Origin: a virus
IMG/VR virus record: IMGVR_UViG_3300006931_000001
Span: 32,001 to 96,000 of that record
Length of the DNA: 64,000 nt
Strand: one strand, 5' to 3'
Part shown: positions 40,255-48,933 of the stretch, one piece after another
How the letters are laid out: each line of letters begins with the position of its first letter
How positions within the stretch are numbered: position 1 is the stretch's first letter
The notes under the pieces: model-generated
Seen by the model: the letters and a program-made list of their open reading frames with translations, nothing else
Databases searched by the model: none
What the model was told of the DNA's origin: nothing
Program-made: the position numbers and the translations under genes

Positions 40255-40641
40255 ATGGCACTCAAAAGCGAGAATGGCTTACTTCGATGTCCGCGATGTG
40301 AAGCGGACATTTACTTTGGGCGTTGCTCTTCTCGCGAGTGTGGTTGGCAAGCGCCGTGGCGCTTAGAGCAAGAGGCAAGGCGTAAAGCTAAAGTCAAACG
40401 TGGCTACGGAACACCGACTAAGCTTGCGCCTAAAGTTGGAGAATTTCCAAAACCTAAGCGTGTTGTAAAAACTGAGAGTGGTAAAATTATACGACAAGAG
40501 TACAATTGTCCTATATGTAAAGGAAAAGGCTGGTTACTGAATCCGTGTACTAGTTGTGAATTGTGCTTTGGCAAGGGTATTATAGGTTATATGTTATTAA
40601 TGCAATGGTGGAGTGTCGTAAAAAAGGATCAAGAGTCATGA
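40255..40641 (+). CDS. zinc-finger protein
   Basis: CPRC...C....C and DnaJ-type CPICKGKG / CELCFGKG motifs. Confidence 0.65.
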   Translation: MALKSENGLLRCPRCEADIYFGRCSSRECGWQAPWRLEQEARRKAKVKRGYGTPTKLAPKVGEFPKPKRVVKTESGKIIRQEYNCPICKGKGWLLNPCTSCELCFGKGIIGYMLLMQWWSVVKKDQES

Positions 40642-41702
40642 ATCTCGGAGCTCGTATGCGAGCGCTTGTCAGATTGTTTGACATCAGAACATATTTGAAA
40701 AAATATGATCCTGACGCAAAAGATCACGGCAAAGAAATGTCCGTGGATTGTCCATACTGTATCGAAGAAGACAAGCTAAAAAAGCTCTGGGTATTGTGCG
40801 AAGATCGAAACGGAAAACGTGCTGGACACTGGATTTGTTATTACTGTCAATCAGGCGGCACTGATGTTGTCTCACTCATACGATATATTGAGGATTGTTC
40901 TCTCTTTCAAGTTTTCGAAATTCTCACAGCTGATCGTGCAGATGCACAGCATGTTGATTTACGGATTCTGATTCAAGACACACTTTTTGGTGTAGATGGT
41001 TCAATCGAAGCACATTGGGATGAAACACCAATCAAGCCTATTCCATTACCTGACAGTTTCAAACGTATTAGAGATGTTAATCAATATCCGTATTTAGCAC
41101 GACGTGGTATTTCTCAAGAGCGTGTTGATTTATATGGTTTAGGCGTGTGCACAGTTGGTGCAGGCAAGGAAGCCAAATACACAAATCGGCTAATAGTACC
41201 TGTAATATTGCACGGTCAACAAATATTTTATATCGCACGATATATGAAAAAGATACCTCCTAAAGGAGTGAAAAAATCACTGTATCCTGTAGGAGCTAAA
41301 TCTGGTCGTACATTATTTAATTACGACACAGCGAAACAGTTTGAACGTGTGTACCTGGTAGAGGATGTATTTTCCGCGATGGCTATAGGCAAACGTGCGA
41401 TGGCTACATTTGGAACATCTTTTAGTCAGTACCAAATGGATTTATTGTTACGTAGTGCAGCGCAAGAAGTAGTCATCATCTGGGATAGAGATGATGGAGC
41501 AAAAGCTGGCCAGAGTGGCTATGAGAAAGCGCAAAAGGTGGCAGAGCGTCTATCCGAATTCTGGCGTGTGAGGAATGTACGGCTACCAGACGCACGAGAT
41601 CCAGATGAGATCAAACGCTCTGAACTCCGACGCTTGGTGAAGGCTACGTCTGTACTCGATGAAAGCTCGGCGTGGCGAGCTACTGTGCTTTCTCGTTTGT
41701 GA
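40638..41702 (+). CDS. DNA primase (Zn-binding domain + TOPRIM)
   Basis: CPYC...CYYC, YLARRGI, NRLIVP, LVEDVFSA, WDRDD, DPDE. Confidence 0.9.
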   Translation: MNLGARMRALVRLFDIRTYLKKYDPDAKDHGKEMSVDCPYCIEEDKLKKLWVLCEDRNGKRAGHWICYYCQSGGTDVVSLIRYIEDCSLFQVFEILTADRADAQHVDLRILIQDTLFGVDGSIEAHWDETPIKPIPLPDSFKRIRDVNQYPYLARRGISQERVDLYGLGVCTVGAGKEAKYTNRLIVPVILHGQQIFYIARYMKKIPPKGVKKSLYPVGAKSGRTLFNYDTAKQFERVYLVEDVFSAMAIGKRAMATFGTSFSQYQMDLLLRSAAQEVVIIWDRDDGAKAGQSGYEKAQKVAERLSEFWRVRNVRLPDARDPDEIKRSELRRLVKATSVLDESSAWRATVLSRL

Positions 41703-41705
41703 GCT

Positions 41706-41732
41706 CTGCTAGCATCCTTGGAATGCTAGCAG
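41706..41732 (+). other. hairpin at the primase/accessory boundary
   Basis: CTGCTAGCAT...ATGCTAGCAG inverted repeat. Confidence 0.55.
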
Positions 41733-41856
41733 CCGATGTAGGTGCAGGTAGCCTGCTGGCTAAGTTCCTGGCGGACCTCGTAGGAAATCGTGTAAGTGTG
41801 CGATTTTGCTACGAAAAAAGTTAGCGCATAAAATATCCTGCATGCTCTGTATAGAC

Positions 41857-42156
41857 ATGGCGACCTCGAACGTAACGACCGCGAGCAAGCAAGCTAACAG
41901 CTGGCAATTTACGTGTAATTACACATACAGCTCTGGTCGTAAGTGTGATGATGAAAATCTCCATCGTCGATACAAAGATCCGCATAATCATACTGCAGAA
42001 ACTAGTCTCTGTTGTGACCGCACTGGTTGTGATCTAGCTGCTAGATCTGATCAGATATACATCACCATAAGAGCGATAGATCTCTACAAAAAATTTTGTG
42101 ATAAGCACTGGCTTGAAGAGTCTTACGCTCAGCGCATGTATAATATTGGTCTTTGA
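41857..42156 (+). CDS. Cys/His-rich hypothetical protein
   Basis: ORF; likely start ATG 41857. Confidence 0.5.
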   Translation: MATSNVTTASKQANSWQFTCNYTYSSGRKCDDENLHRRYKDPHNHTAETSLCCDRTGCDLAARSDQIYITIRAIDLYKKFCDKHWLEESYAQRMYNIGL

Positions 42157-42180
42157 ACAGAGCTCGAAAGGAGAGGGAAA

Positions 42181-42639
42181 ATGGACACGAAAATTCATAG
42201 CGTGGCAGTATTCGGCTCTAATGGATCTTATCTAATAGGCGTAGAAACAACAGAGGTCTCTCCAAATCTGATAGCTTTGGTACGTCGTCCAATCAGGAAG
42301 ACGGAAGTTCTCGGTTACGCAGCATCAGAAGGTACTCAAGATATATTTTATGGTGTTGTCGTTTTGCGTGAGACAAATGGTAAATTATCACAGTGGCGTA
42401 TCTCACGTTCCGGAAGCAGTGAATTTACACCTACTGAGCCTCCGTATTATGTGCCTTATCTGAATTTACCAGATGAAGAGCATGGATGGAGATGGCAGGA
42501 AACACCTGTAGATTTGCCGGGGCCGGCTGATCGATTTTTCATCGGTACCAAAGAAGTAACCTCAGAAGAGGCACATGCACAATGTGCTGCTTTTGAAAAA
42601 ATGAGAGATGCTGAGATCAACAAACTCAAGCTCTATTAA
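42181..42639 (+). CDS. hypothetical protein
   Basis: AAGGAG RBS. Confidence 0.7.
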   Translation: MDTKIHSVAVFGSNGSYLIGVETTEVSPNLIALVRRPIRKTEVLGYAASEGTQDIFYGVVVLRETNGKLSQWRISRSGSSEFTPTEPPYYVPYLNLPDEEHGWRWQETPVDLPGPADRFFIGTKEVTSEEAHAQCAAFEKMRDAEINKLKLY

Positions 42640-42646
42640 ATAAATC

Positions 42647-42880
42647 ATGATCATTATTGATTTTTCGCAATCAGTGGAGTTGGATAATACAACAATTCTG
42701 TTTCGACGAGTCGCACTTGAGAGGCTTAAGGAATATGGTGCGGCGATTTATGCTAAATATATCCTTCCAATGGTTGAAGACTGTAACGCAGCTCTTACGG
42801 GTGATGTGGTAGCTCGTCAACGCGTTATTGAAACTCTGAGAAGTGAGCTCGCACCATTTAGCGGAGGCGTACTGTGTTGA
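42647..42880 (+). CDS. hypothetical protein
   Basis: ORF in tightly packed + strand array. Confidence 0.55.
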   Translation: MIIIDFSQSVELDNTTILFRRVALERLKEYGAAIYAKYILPMVEDCNAALTGDVVARQRVIETLRSELAPFSGGVLC

Positions 42881-43119
42881 TGACGCAAGAGTATTTTGAT
42901 TTTGTGAGCATCGCACGTGCAATAGTCGTTAAGAAATTGGCAAACAAATTGAACACGTGGACAACAGGTCCGCGTGCTGGACAAATGTTTCACAAGAATT
43001 TTAGCGATCATCGTGCATTCAAACGCATGGTAGATGCGCATGTTCGAAATGAGTTTCAAAAGTATCTCCATATCGGTGCTAGGATACGCGCTCTAGCAGA
43101 TGAGGATTTGATTAAATAA
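42874..43119 (+). CDS. hypothetical protein
   Basis: GGAGG upstream; overlaps the previous ORF. Confidence 0.55.
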   Translation: MLMTQEYFDFVSIARAIVVKKLANKLNTWTTGPRAGQMFHKNFSDHRAFKRMVDAHVRNEFQKYLHIGARIRALADEDLIK

Positions 43120-43146
43120 CTCCTAACGAACGAGTAGTACAAAAAA

Positions 43147-43308
43147 ATGACGTTATATGCGAAGCCTCTTACGCTTGCGCAACTTGCCGCAACGCTTAGA
43201 CCGATGTATCGAACGCGACAGCCGAATTCACCTCAATTGGTGTATATCGGTGAAGTTGTGTTAGATATGAAAACCGCTGTATTCATCTCAGGAGATTCTC
43301 ATGTGTGA
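43147..43308 (+). CDS. small hypothetical protein (53 aa, not in ORF track)
   Basis: Read manually: MTLYAKPLTLAQLAATLRP...SGDSHV*; fills the gap. Confidence 0.45.
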   Translation: MTLYAKPLTLAQLAATLRPMYRTRQPNSPQLVYIGEVVLDMKTAVFISGDSHV

Positions 43309-43546
43309 TCGGTGCAGAGAAAAGATTATAGCGATCAATACTTTTCTGGACAGACTCAAGGAAGTACACGGTCAGATCGAAATCATCGGTTTCGTGAGAG
43401 ATACTGACGGCGAACCTATGCCGATTATGTTGATCGAGGCTCCACCTGAACATCTGATCGAAATCCACCAACTTGGTCGTGCTGCAGGTATTCAAATGCC
43501 CGAGTCTCCAATTGCCGTTAAGGCAAGAGAGTTTGGTGCTTCGTGA
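43301..43546 (+). CDS. hypothetical protein
   Basis: AGGAG RBS; N-terminal CxxC. Confidence 0.6.
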   Translation: MCDRCREKIIAINTFLDRLKEVHGQIEIIGFVRDTDGEPMPIMLIEAPPEHLIEIHQLGRAAGIQMPESPIAVKAREFGAS

Positions 43547-43761
43547 TCACTCAGAACTCGTCAAATCAAATATCAACAATTCCACTGAGCGAACAAAGAC
43601 GCATTCACGAAGATGATGAAGTCCGTTGCGGAGATATCATGTATCTTCGTGATGACGGATCGCCATCACGGCGACTGTGTGGAGGTTGCAGCTCGCTGAC
43701 TGATACCGGGATGCAAAATCCAGACGGCTGCATGGAATTACTGGAGTCAACTTTAAGATGA
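43543..43761 (+). CDS. hypothetical Cys-containing protein
   Basis: GTGA overlap with the previous ORF. Confidence 0.5.
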   Translation: MITQNSSNQISTIPLSEQRRIHEDDEVRCGDIMYLRDDGSPSRRLCGGCSSLTDTGMQNPDGCMELLESTLR

Positions 43762-43952
43762 TGTGGTTCGCGTATGCAGTTATTTGGCTCGCAACAAGTG
43801 GAGCTGTTTGTTTTGGAATTTACCGTACAGGCGATATCAGTTGCTTGTGGGCATTATTGATTCCTGGTTTATTAAGTTTTTCTTCTAACAGATCCGATAA
43901 GTCCGTCAATGCAAACTCTCAAAGGAAAGAAACTGACAATGACGAAGACTGA
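43758..43952 (+). CDS. small membrane protein
   Basis: Two hydrophobic segments; GGAG RBS. Confidence 0.6.
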   Translation: MMWFAYAVIWLATSGAVCFGIYRTGDISCLWALLIPGLLSFSSNRSDKSVNANSQRKETDNDED

Positions 43953-44310
43953 TGATAATGGCAAGACGCTTCCTATGCTTGTTTCCATGCGCGTCAATGT
44001 AAATACTTTATGCAGTAATGGCGGCAAAAATAAAAAATTAATTCCTGGAGAACTAGTCACACAAAATCCAGGTGAATCTATAAATGCTTTCGCACTTCGA
44101 CTTGTCACGTATATTACTGCAGAACATGATCGTATTACTAACAGTATTATGAATATTGATATGGTGAAAGACAAACTGATATCACTAGCTACAGAACTTA
44201 AGGACATCGGATTCACTAATATTGCTGATGGACTTATGAGAGAAGCCAAGTATTTATATCCGTCATCTATTGGTGAATATAAAGACGATGACGAAGATGA
44301 TGAAGATTAA
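43939..44310 (+). CDS. hypothetical protein
   Basis: ORF (track start 43909); acidic C-terminus. Confidence 0.55.
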   Translation: MTKTDDNGKTLPMLVSMRVNVNTLCSNGGKNKKLIPGELVTQNPGESINAFALRLVTYITAEHDRITNSIMNIDMVKDKLISLATELKDIGFTNIADGLMREAKYLYPSSIGEYKDDDEDDED

Positions 44311-44350
44311 AAACTAAAATCCATTACACACGAAAGAGAAAGGCAGCTCT

Positions 44351-44827
44351 ATGGAACAACGTCAAGACCGTCCTCAGTGGAAACTTGCAAAACTCTTCAC
44401 TCACGATGAACAGCTTTTGCTGAGTGGACCACGTTATGCGGTTCGTGTGAGCAAGCTCGATCAAGGATACCCACGCTACTCCATCATGGTGGGAGCCTTG
44501 GTTCCACCTCGAATCGAAGCTGAACACAATGGTGTCGCTCGACCAGCCGCAATTCCATTTGATGTCAATACGTGGCGATTCGTAAATCACATCAATCTGG
44601 TTTATACCACGAACAATGGTGTCGCTATGCCAGATAACGCGATTGAGAAGATCAACGCGTTACTGGTATTGGCACGTGGTTGGATCACCTCAGAGGTGCA
44701 GCGCCACACCGATGAATTTATCGAGAGAAAGCAGTCACGCGAAATGCGTGATATCAGTCGTGGTGCACCTGTCACGGCACACACCGGAAAGACCGCCAAG
44801 GCTAAGGCCAAGGCAGCGTCCAAGTAA
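44351..44827 (+). CDS. hypothetical protein
   Basis: 158-aa ORF with KA-rich tail. Confidence 0.65.
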   Translation: MEQRQDRPQWKLAKLFTHDEQLLLSGPRYAVRVSKLDQGYPRYSIMVGALVPPRIEAEHNGVARPAAIPFDVNTWRFVNHINLVYTTNNGVAMPDNAIEKINALLVLARGWITSEVQRHTDEFIERKQSREMRDISRGAPVTAHTGKTAKAKAKAASK

Positions 44828-44868
44828 CTTACTCAAGCGTTAAATGCAATAGCAGCAAGGAGAGACAT

Positions 44869-45177
44869 ATGGCAAAGAATGCAAAGAGCAAAGAAAAGCA
44901 AGATTACGGATACTCGGCAGACAAAGATGTTGTTCTGAAAGATTTAGGCACAATCGAAGGTGGAGGGCGCGGCGGTGATCTTTCTCTTCGAATTGTGAGC
45001 TACGCTGGCGGTGCAGCCAAGCTCGCAATCACGCGCACTGGAGTCAACGCGGACACGAGCGAAACATGGCATTCTCCTAAACTCGGTCGGTTGAACTTCA
45101 AGGAATTGGAAAGTCTGATGCCACTCATGGAGAAAGCATTGCGGTATCTGGAAAAGAAAAATAAGAAGAGCGAATAA
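44869..45177 (+). CDS. PC4/YdbC-like ssDNA-binding protein
   Basis: LGTI...LSLRIVSYAGGAAKLAITR...KLGRLNFKELESL; AAGGAG RBS. Confidence 0.65.
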   Translation: MAKNAKSKEKQDYGYSADKDVVLKDLGTIEGGGRGGDLSLRIVSYAGGAAKLAITRTGVNADTSETWHSPKLGRLNFKELESLMPLMEKALRYLEKKNKKSE

Positions 45178-45253
45178 CTAGATTCGCGTTTTCGTAGACG
45201 GCGTGTGCAAGACACACGCTGTGTGCGAGAATAAAAACCTTGGAGGTAGATGC

Positions 45254-45646
45254 ATGCGTGATGTTACTGTAACGTTTCTTGGTGTTGGTGATCGTGAGTC
45301 AATTATCGAAATGTTTCCATTCGCTGAGCAAGCCGACGATGATGTTGGTAGTACAGTAACTCAGCATCTAAGTTGTCTACAGCTTGTAGAGGGAGCGGAC
45401 TTGGAAACAGACCAATGTTTTTCATCCTTCATGGATGCTGTAGTCTTGCAGTTTTCCAGAGAAGTTCCTTCTGATGTTGACTTGGATGTTTTAATTAGAA
45501 GCATCCAACATGAAGTTACGTTAATACGCACGCTTTGGCCTATGCTTAATGAGCGTAGAAAATCCATACAAGACGACAGAGATAAATTCTGGTTCATGTT
45601 GTCGTGGTCTACATCAGATGAGGAGGAATGCGATGCAATTCACTGA
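45254..45646 (+). CDS. hypothetical acidic protein
   Basis: GGAGG RBS before ATG 45254. Confidence 0.6.
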   Translation: MRDVTVTFLGVGDRESIIEMFPFAEQADDDVGSTVTQHLSCLQLVEGADLETDQCFSSFMDAVVLQFSREVPSDVDLDVLIRSIQHEVTLIRTLWPMLNERRKSIQDDRDKFWFMLSWSTSDEEECDAIH

Positions 45647-45905
45647 GTGCAAGTGCGGTAATGCTGCGCGCTATATCAACGCGCGTGGTGAATTGTGTTG
45701 TGGCATTTGCCCTCTAAAAGAGCGCATCGATTCGATTCAGCTACGAAATGTAGCTCCACTATTAGCATGGGTACGCAAATACCAAGATAATGTTTATCGC
45801 ATGCAGAATACATACATGGATCACGCTTCTGCACATGAGTGCAGGAAAACAAGACAAGCACTTGATCTAGAGCTAGCTGATATCGTACAAAACAAACCGG
45901 AGTAG
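45633..45905 (+). CDS. small Cys-rich protein
   Basis: GAGGAGG RBS; CKCG...CCGIC. Confidence 0.6.
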   Translation: MQFTECKCGNAARYINARGELCCGICPLKERIDSIQLRNVAPLLAWVRKYQDNVYRMQNTYMDHASAHECRKTRQALDLELADIVQNKPE

Positions 45906-45907
45906 CT

Positions 45908-47017
45908 GTGGATAAGCACCAACATATATGGGTGCGAGTCGAGAGGCGTGATACGGTTCGTGTTGTTTGCGAAATTTGTAATATATCACCGCCAATTAGT
46001 AAGGCAGTGGTGCGTTTAGTTGTTCAGAACAAAATGGTGCGGTGTCCGTACGGATTTACGGATCACATGCTCACCGTCATGCCAGACGGCAAACGCGTAC
46101 GAAAAAAACAACCGTTGCATGATTGTTATCTCGACAGCTTGACGCCTGGTCATCGTTGCCGTGATCCAGAAAATACTGGCGCAGGACGTTGTCCTCACGT
46201 CAGAAAATTGATGAAAGAGCATGGCCTACGAACGTACGATCGCGTGCTGGTAGCGACGCGTGCGCGGCGTGGCGTGCTTCATCAGGAGTGGCCGCTAAAC
46301 GTCGTTTACGCGCCGCTGGACGACGCTGGACGCACGTGGACGGCCGTCAACACGTTCACCGGCCAGCGTCATCCGGTGAGTTTACATGCCGAGCAACCGC
46401 ATCGGCGAACGTTAGCCGGCGCTGACATTTGCCAGGAGTACGAGCGCTCAGTGGTCACGGTTAACGGAATGATGGTGCAAACGCAAAAAATAGGCTTGCC
46501 GTGGAACGGCGTACCGCCACGCGATAAGTGGCGGTGTACATGCAAAAATTGCGTGAAAGGAGTAGTAGTGGCGCGAACGCAGAACAAGAGCAAGAAACCA
46601 AAAAATGAACAGCCTATTGACAAACCTCCATCATCGGATGCGGCTCCATATGTTCCAGCACTTCACAGCATGTGGAAGCGTGATGAAAAAGGCATGGTCT
46701 ATGCTGGACCAAAAAAACCAACTGGTCGTCGCTTCAAGAATCAAAAGGATTTTGAAGACTATCAAACAAAACACGTGACACCTCCGCAGCCGGCAGAAGA
46801 TAAAGCATTAACGATCGGCGAAGCCTTAACCACAAGACTTCGTACGATCGCAGCTGGTAACGCCGCTGCTGATAAGAGAATTGCAGCATATCGTGCACGA
46901 CCTTGTGTTTTATCGAAAGACAAAACATGGTGCACAGCGCACGATCGGCCTGCAGTCAAAAAACTGTGCGATATCGGAAGAGATAACAAGCGCAAGAAAC
47001 TCAAGAAAAAAAAGTAA
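45908..47017 (+). CDS. basic Cys/His-rich protein (SWIM/Zn-finger-like motifs)
   Basis: CEIC, C..CPH, CTCKNC, C..H..C motifs. Confidence 0.6.
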   Translation: MDKHQHIWVRVERRDTVRVVCEICNISPPISKAVVRLVVQNKMVRCPYGFTDHMLTVMPDGKRVRKKQPLHDCYLDSLTPGHRCRDPENTGAGRCPHVRKLMKEHGLRTYDRVLVATRARRGVLHQEWPLNVVYAPLDDAGRTWTAVNTFTGQRHPVSLHAEQPHRRTLAGADICQEYERSVVTVNGMMVQTQKIGLPWNGVPPRDKWRCTCKNCVKGVVVARTQNKSKKPKNEQPIDKPPSSDAAPYVPALHSMWKRDEKGMVYAGPKKPTGRRFKNQKDFEDYQTKHVTPPQPAEDKALTIGEALTTRLRTIAAGNAAADKRIAAYRARPCVLSKDKTWCTAHDRPAVKKLCDIGRDNKRKKLKKKK

Positions 47018-47025
47018 CAAAATTG

Positions 47026-47202
47026 ATGTCGATTGTATGTGAGGTTTTGCAGGCTGTTGGATTGGGGTCCATTATAGGACACACATTCTATTGGCTTGGT
47101 GTATGGCGACGTCAGAGACAACATAAGAAGCTGTACCTGAAGCAGCGACAGAAAATGCTATCAGGTGATTACGAAGAAATCAGAATTGAGAAAATTAAAT
47201 GA
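47026..47202 (+). CDS. small membrane protein (58 aa, not in ORF track)
   Basis: MSIVCEVLQAVGLGSIIGHTFYWLGVWRRQRQHKK...; ATGA-coupled to the AAA gene. Confidence 0.55.
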   Translation: MSIVCEVLQAVGLGSIIGHTFYWLGVWRRQRQHKKLYLKQRQKMLSGDYEEIRIEKIK

Positions 47203-48377
47203 AAAAAGATGCAAAGTATTGTAAGGTGACATGTCTCGAGTGTAATGAGTATGAGGATCATATTCTTGTGCCTCATATTCGCAAAAAGCATGAAATGGAT
47301 CCTGTGGTCTATCTGGAGAAACACGGAGGCTTGGATAAAGCGCCGCTTTGGTCCAGCTTTGGTTATTCTTACATAGCTAAATTACATTCTAACGCGAATG
47401 TTCCGATCGCCAGACCGAGGCGACGAATACAGGTGAGTAAACTCTTTCCAGATTTTGGAAAGCGCACCAATACGATACCCAGAGGCAAAGTTTCTGTATT
47501 CGATACACCAGGTCCGCTCACGCCAATATTCAATGAGCATTATATTTTTCCTGAAGAGCAAACTCTGGACCTGATTGTGCTCTTGGAAAAGCCTCAGCGT
47601 AATCGCGCGTGGATTCAAGGATGGAGCGGTACCGGCAAGACGGATCTTGTTCGGAATCTTGCGGCGCTGGTCGGTGCTGAGCTCTTGCTGTGGAACCTCG
47701 ATGCGTTTCAGCAGCGTAGCCATATTGTCGGCCACTGGACGGTAAAAGACGGCGCTACGGTGTGGCAAGATGGAGTGCTACCACGCGCCATGAAGCAAGG
47801 TTATTGGTGTTTGTGTAATGAGCTGGATACCAGCAATCCGGACGCCATGAATATCCTCAAGCCTGTGTTAGAGGATCCGCCGTATCTGATGATCGAAGAA
47901 ACAGGTGAAATCATCAGTGAAGGTCATGGCTTGCATCCTGATTTTAGAATTATTGCTACAGCCAATACTTGGGGTCGCGGTGACACCACAGGATTGTTCG
48001 TTAATACGAACACACAGAGCGATGCCGATTTGAGACGATGGAGTGGTAGACTTCTTTTGGATTACATGCCAAAAGAAGATGAACACAATATGCTCGAAAA
48101 ATATTTCCCAGATAAACTCGACAAAGACGAAATAATCAAATTCGTGAGTGTCGCGAATAAAGTTCGCGATGCATTCAAAGCAGGTAAGATTGACAAGACG
48201 TTTTCACCAGCTGAGTTGATTAATTGGTGTGAAAACTTTCTTGCCTTTGGTAAGACCGTGCATCATGCAGCACGTGTCAGTTTCCTACAATCATGTACGC
48301 CAGATGTTGGATTGGCTATTGGTGAAATGATTAACGCAGTGTTTGGTGTGGAGAGTGGCACCGCGAAAGCGGAATAA
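47199..48377 (+). CDS. MoxR/CbbQ (CobS-like) AAA+ ATPase with N-terminal C2H2-like finger
   Basis: GWSGTGKT, WQDGVLPRAM, LCNELD, HPDFRIIATANTWGRGD; N-terminal CLEC...HIRKKH. Confidence 0.88.
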   Translation: MKKDAKYCKVTCLECNEYEDHILVPHIRKKHEMDPVVYLEKHGGLDKAPLWSSFGYSYIAKLHSNANVPIARPRRRIQVSKLFPDFGKRTNTIPRGKVSVFDTPGPLTPIFNEHYIFPEEQTLDLIVLLEKPQRNRAWIQGWSGTGKTDLVRNLAALVGAELLLWNLDAFQQRSHIVGHWTVKDGATVWQDGVLPRAMKQGYWCLCNELDTSNPDAMNILKPVLEDPPYLMIEETGEIISEGHGLHPDFRIIATANTWGRGDTTGLFVNTNTQSDADLRRWSGRLLLDYMPKEDEHNMLEKYFPDKLDKDEIIKFVSVANKVRDAFKAGKIDKTFSPAELINWCENFLAFGKTVHHAARVSFLQSCTPDVGLAIGEMINAVFGVESGTAKAE

Positions 48378-48378
48378 T

Positions 48379-48933
48379 ATGTACGCAGCATATTTGCTCT
48401 GCACAAAATTCTCTAAATACACTGGAATATTTTTAGGACAATTTGACTCGCCACCACAGGTAGTATTGAGCGTAGGAAAAATCGGACACATCCGTGAAAC
48501 GCTCAAATATACTTCCACAAAAAGCGGTCCTTTTGCAGATGCAAAGCACGCTTTTAGGTACGCAAAGAAGATTGAAGCGTCACGCTTAGATATGGATGAC
48601 TACTTCGTAGCCTGGTCATTGACATCATCGAACCAATGGCCAAGGCTCGATGTAGAATTTGAAGCGCCTAACGGACGACTGAGTAATGTATACGCAGGAG
48701 ATGTACCCGCATGGTGGTATGATTTACTAACTTCTGCAGCTGGTAGTGCAGCACTACCAAAAACTGCCAAAGCTGTTCTAGCTGCGCGTAAGGAGCGCCA
48801 TAGAGAGCTCAAAAGTAGATTCAAGACGCTGGCAAAAGAGACAGACGAATCAGTAGAGCCAGAAGAGAAAGAAGATAACAGTGAGCAAGTCATCAAAAGA
48901 AAACCGCGATTCAGGTATGTCCCACGGAAGTGA
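48379..48933 (+). CDS. hypothetical protein between the AAA and vWA genes
   Basis: ORF closely packed against both neighbours. Confidence 0.6.
   Translation: MYAAYLLCTKFSKYTGIFLGQFDSPPQVVLSVGKIGHIRETLKYTSTKSGPFADAKHAFRYAKKIEASRLDMDDYFVAWSLTSSNQWPRLDVEFEAPNGRLSNVYAGDVPAWWYDLLTSAAGSAALPKTAKAVLAARKERHRELKSRFKTLAKETDESVEPEEKEDNSEQVIKRKPRFRYVPRK

Noticed and set aside
35965-45217. CAAGACACAC 10-mer present in two intergenic regions (35965 and 45208)
   Set aside because: Only two copies with no shared flanks; compatible with chance.
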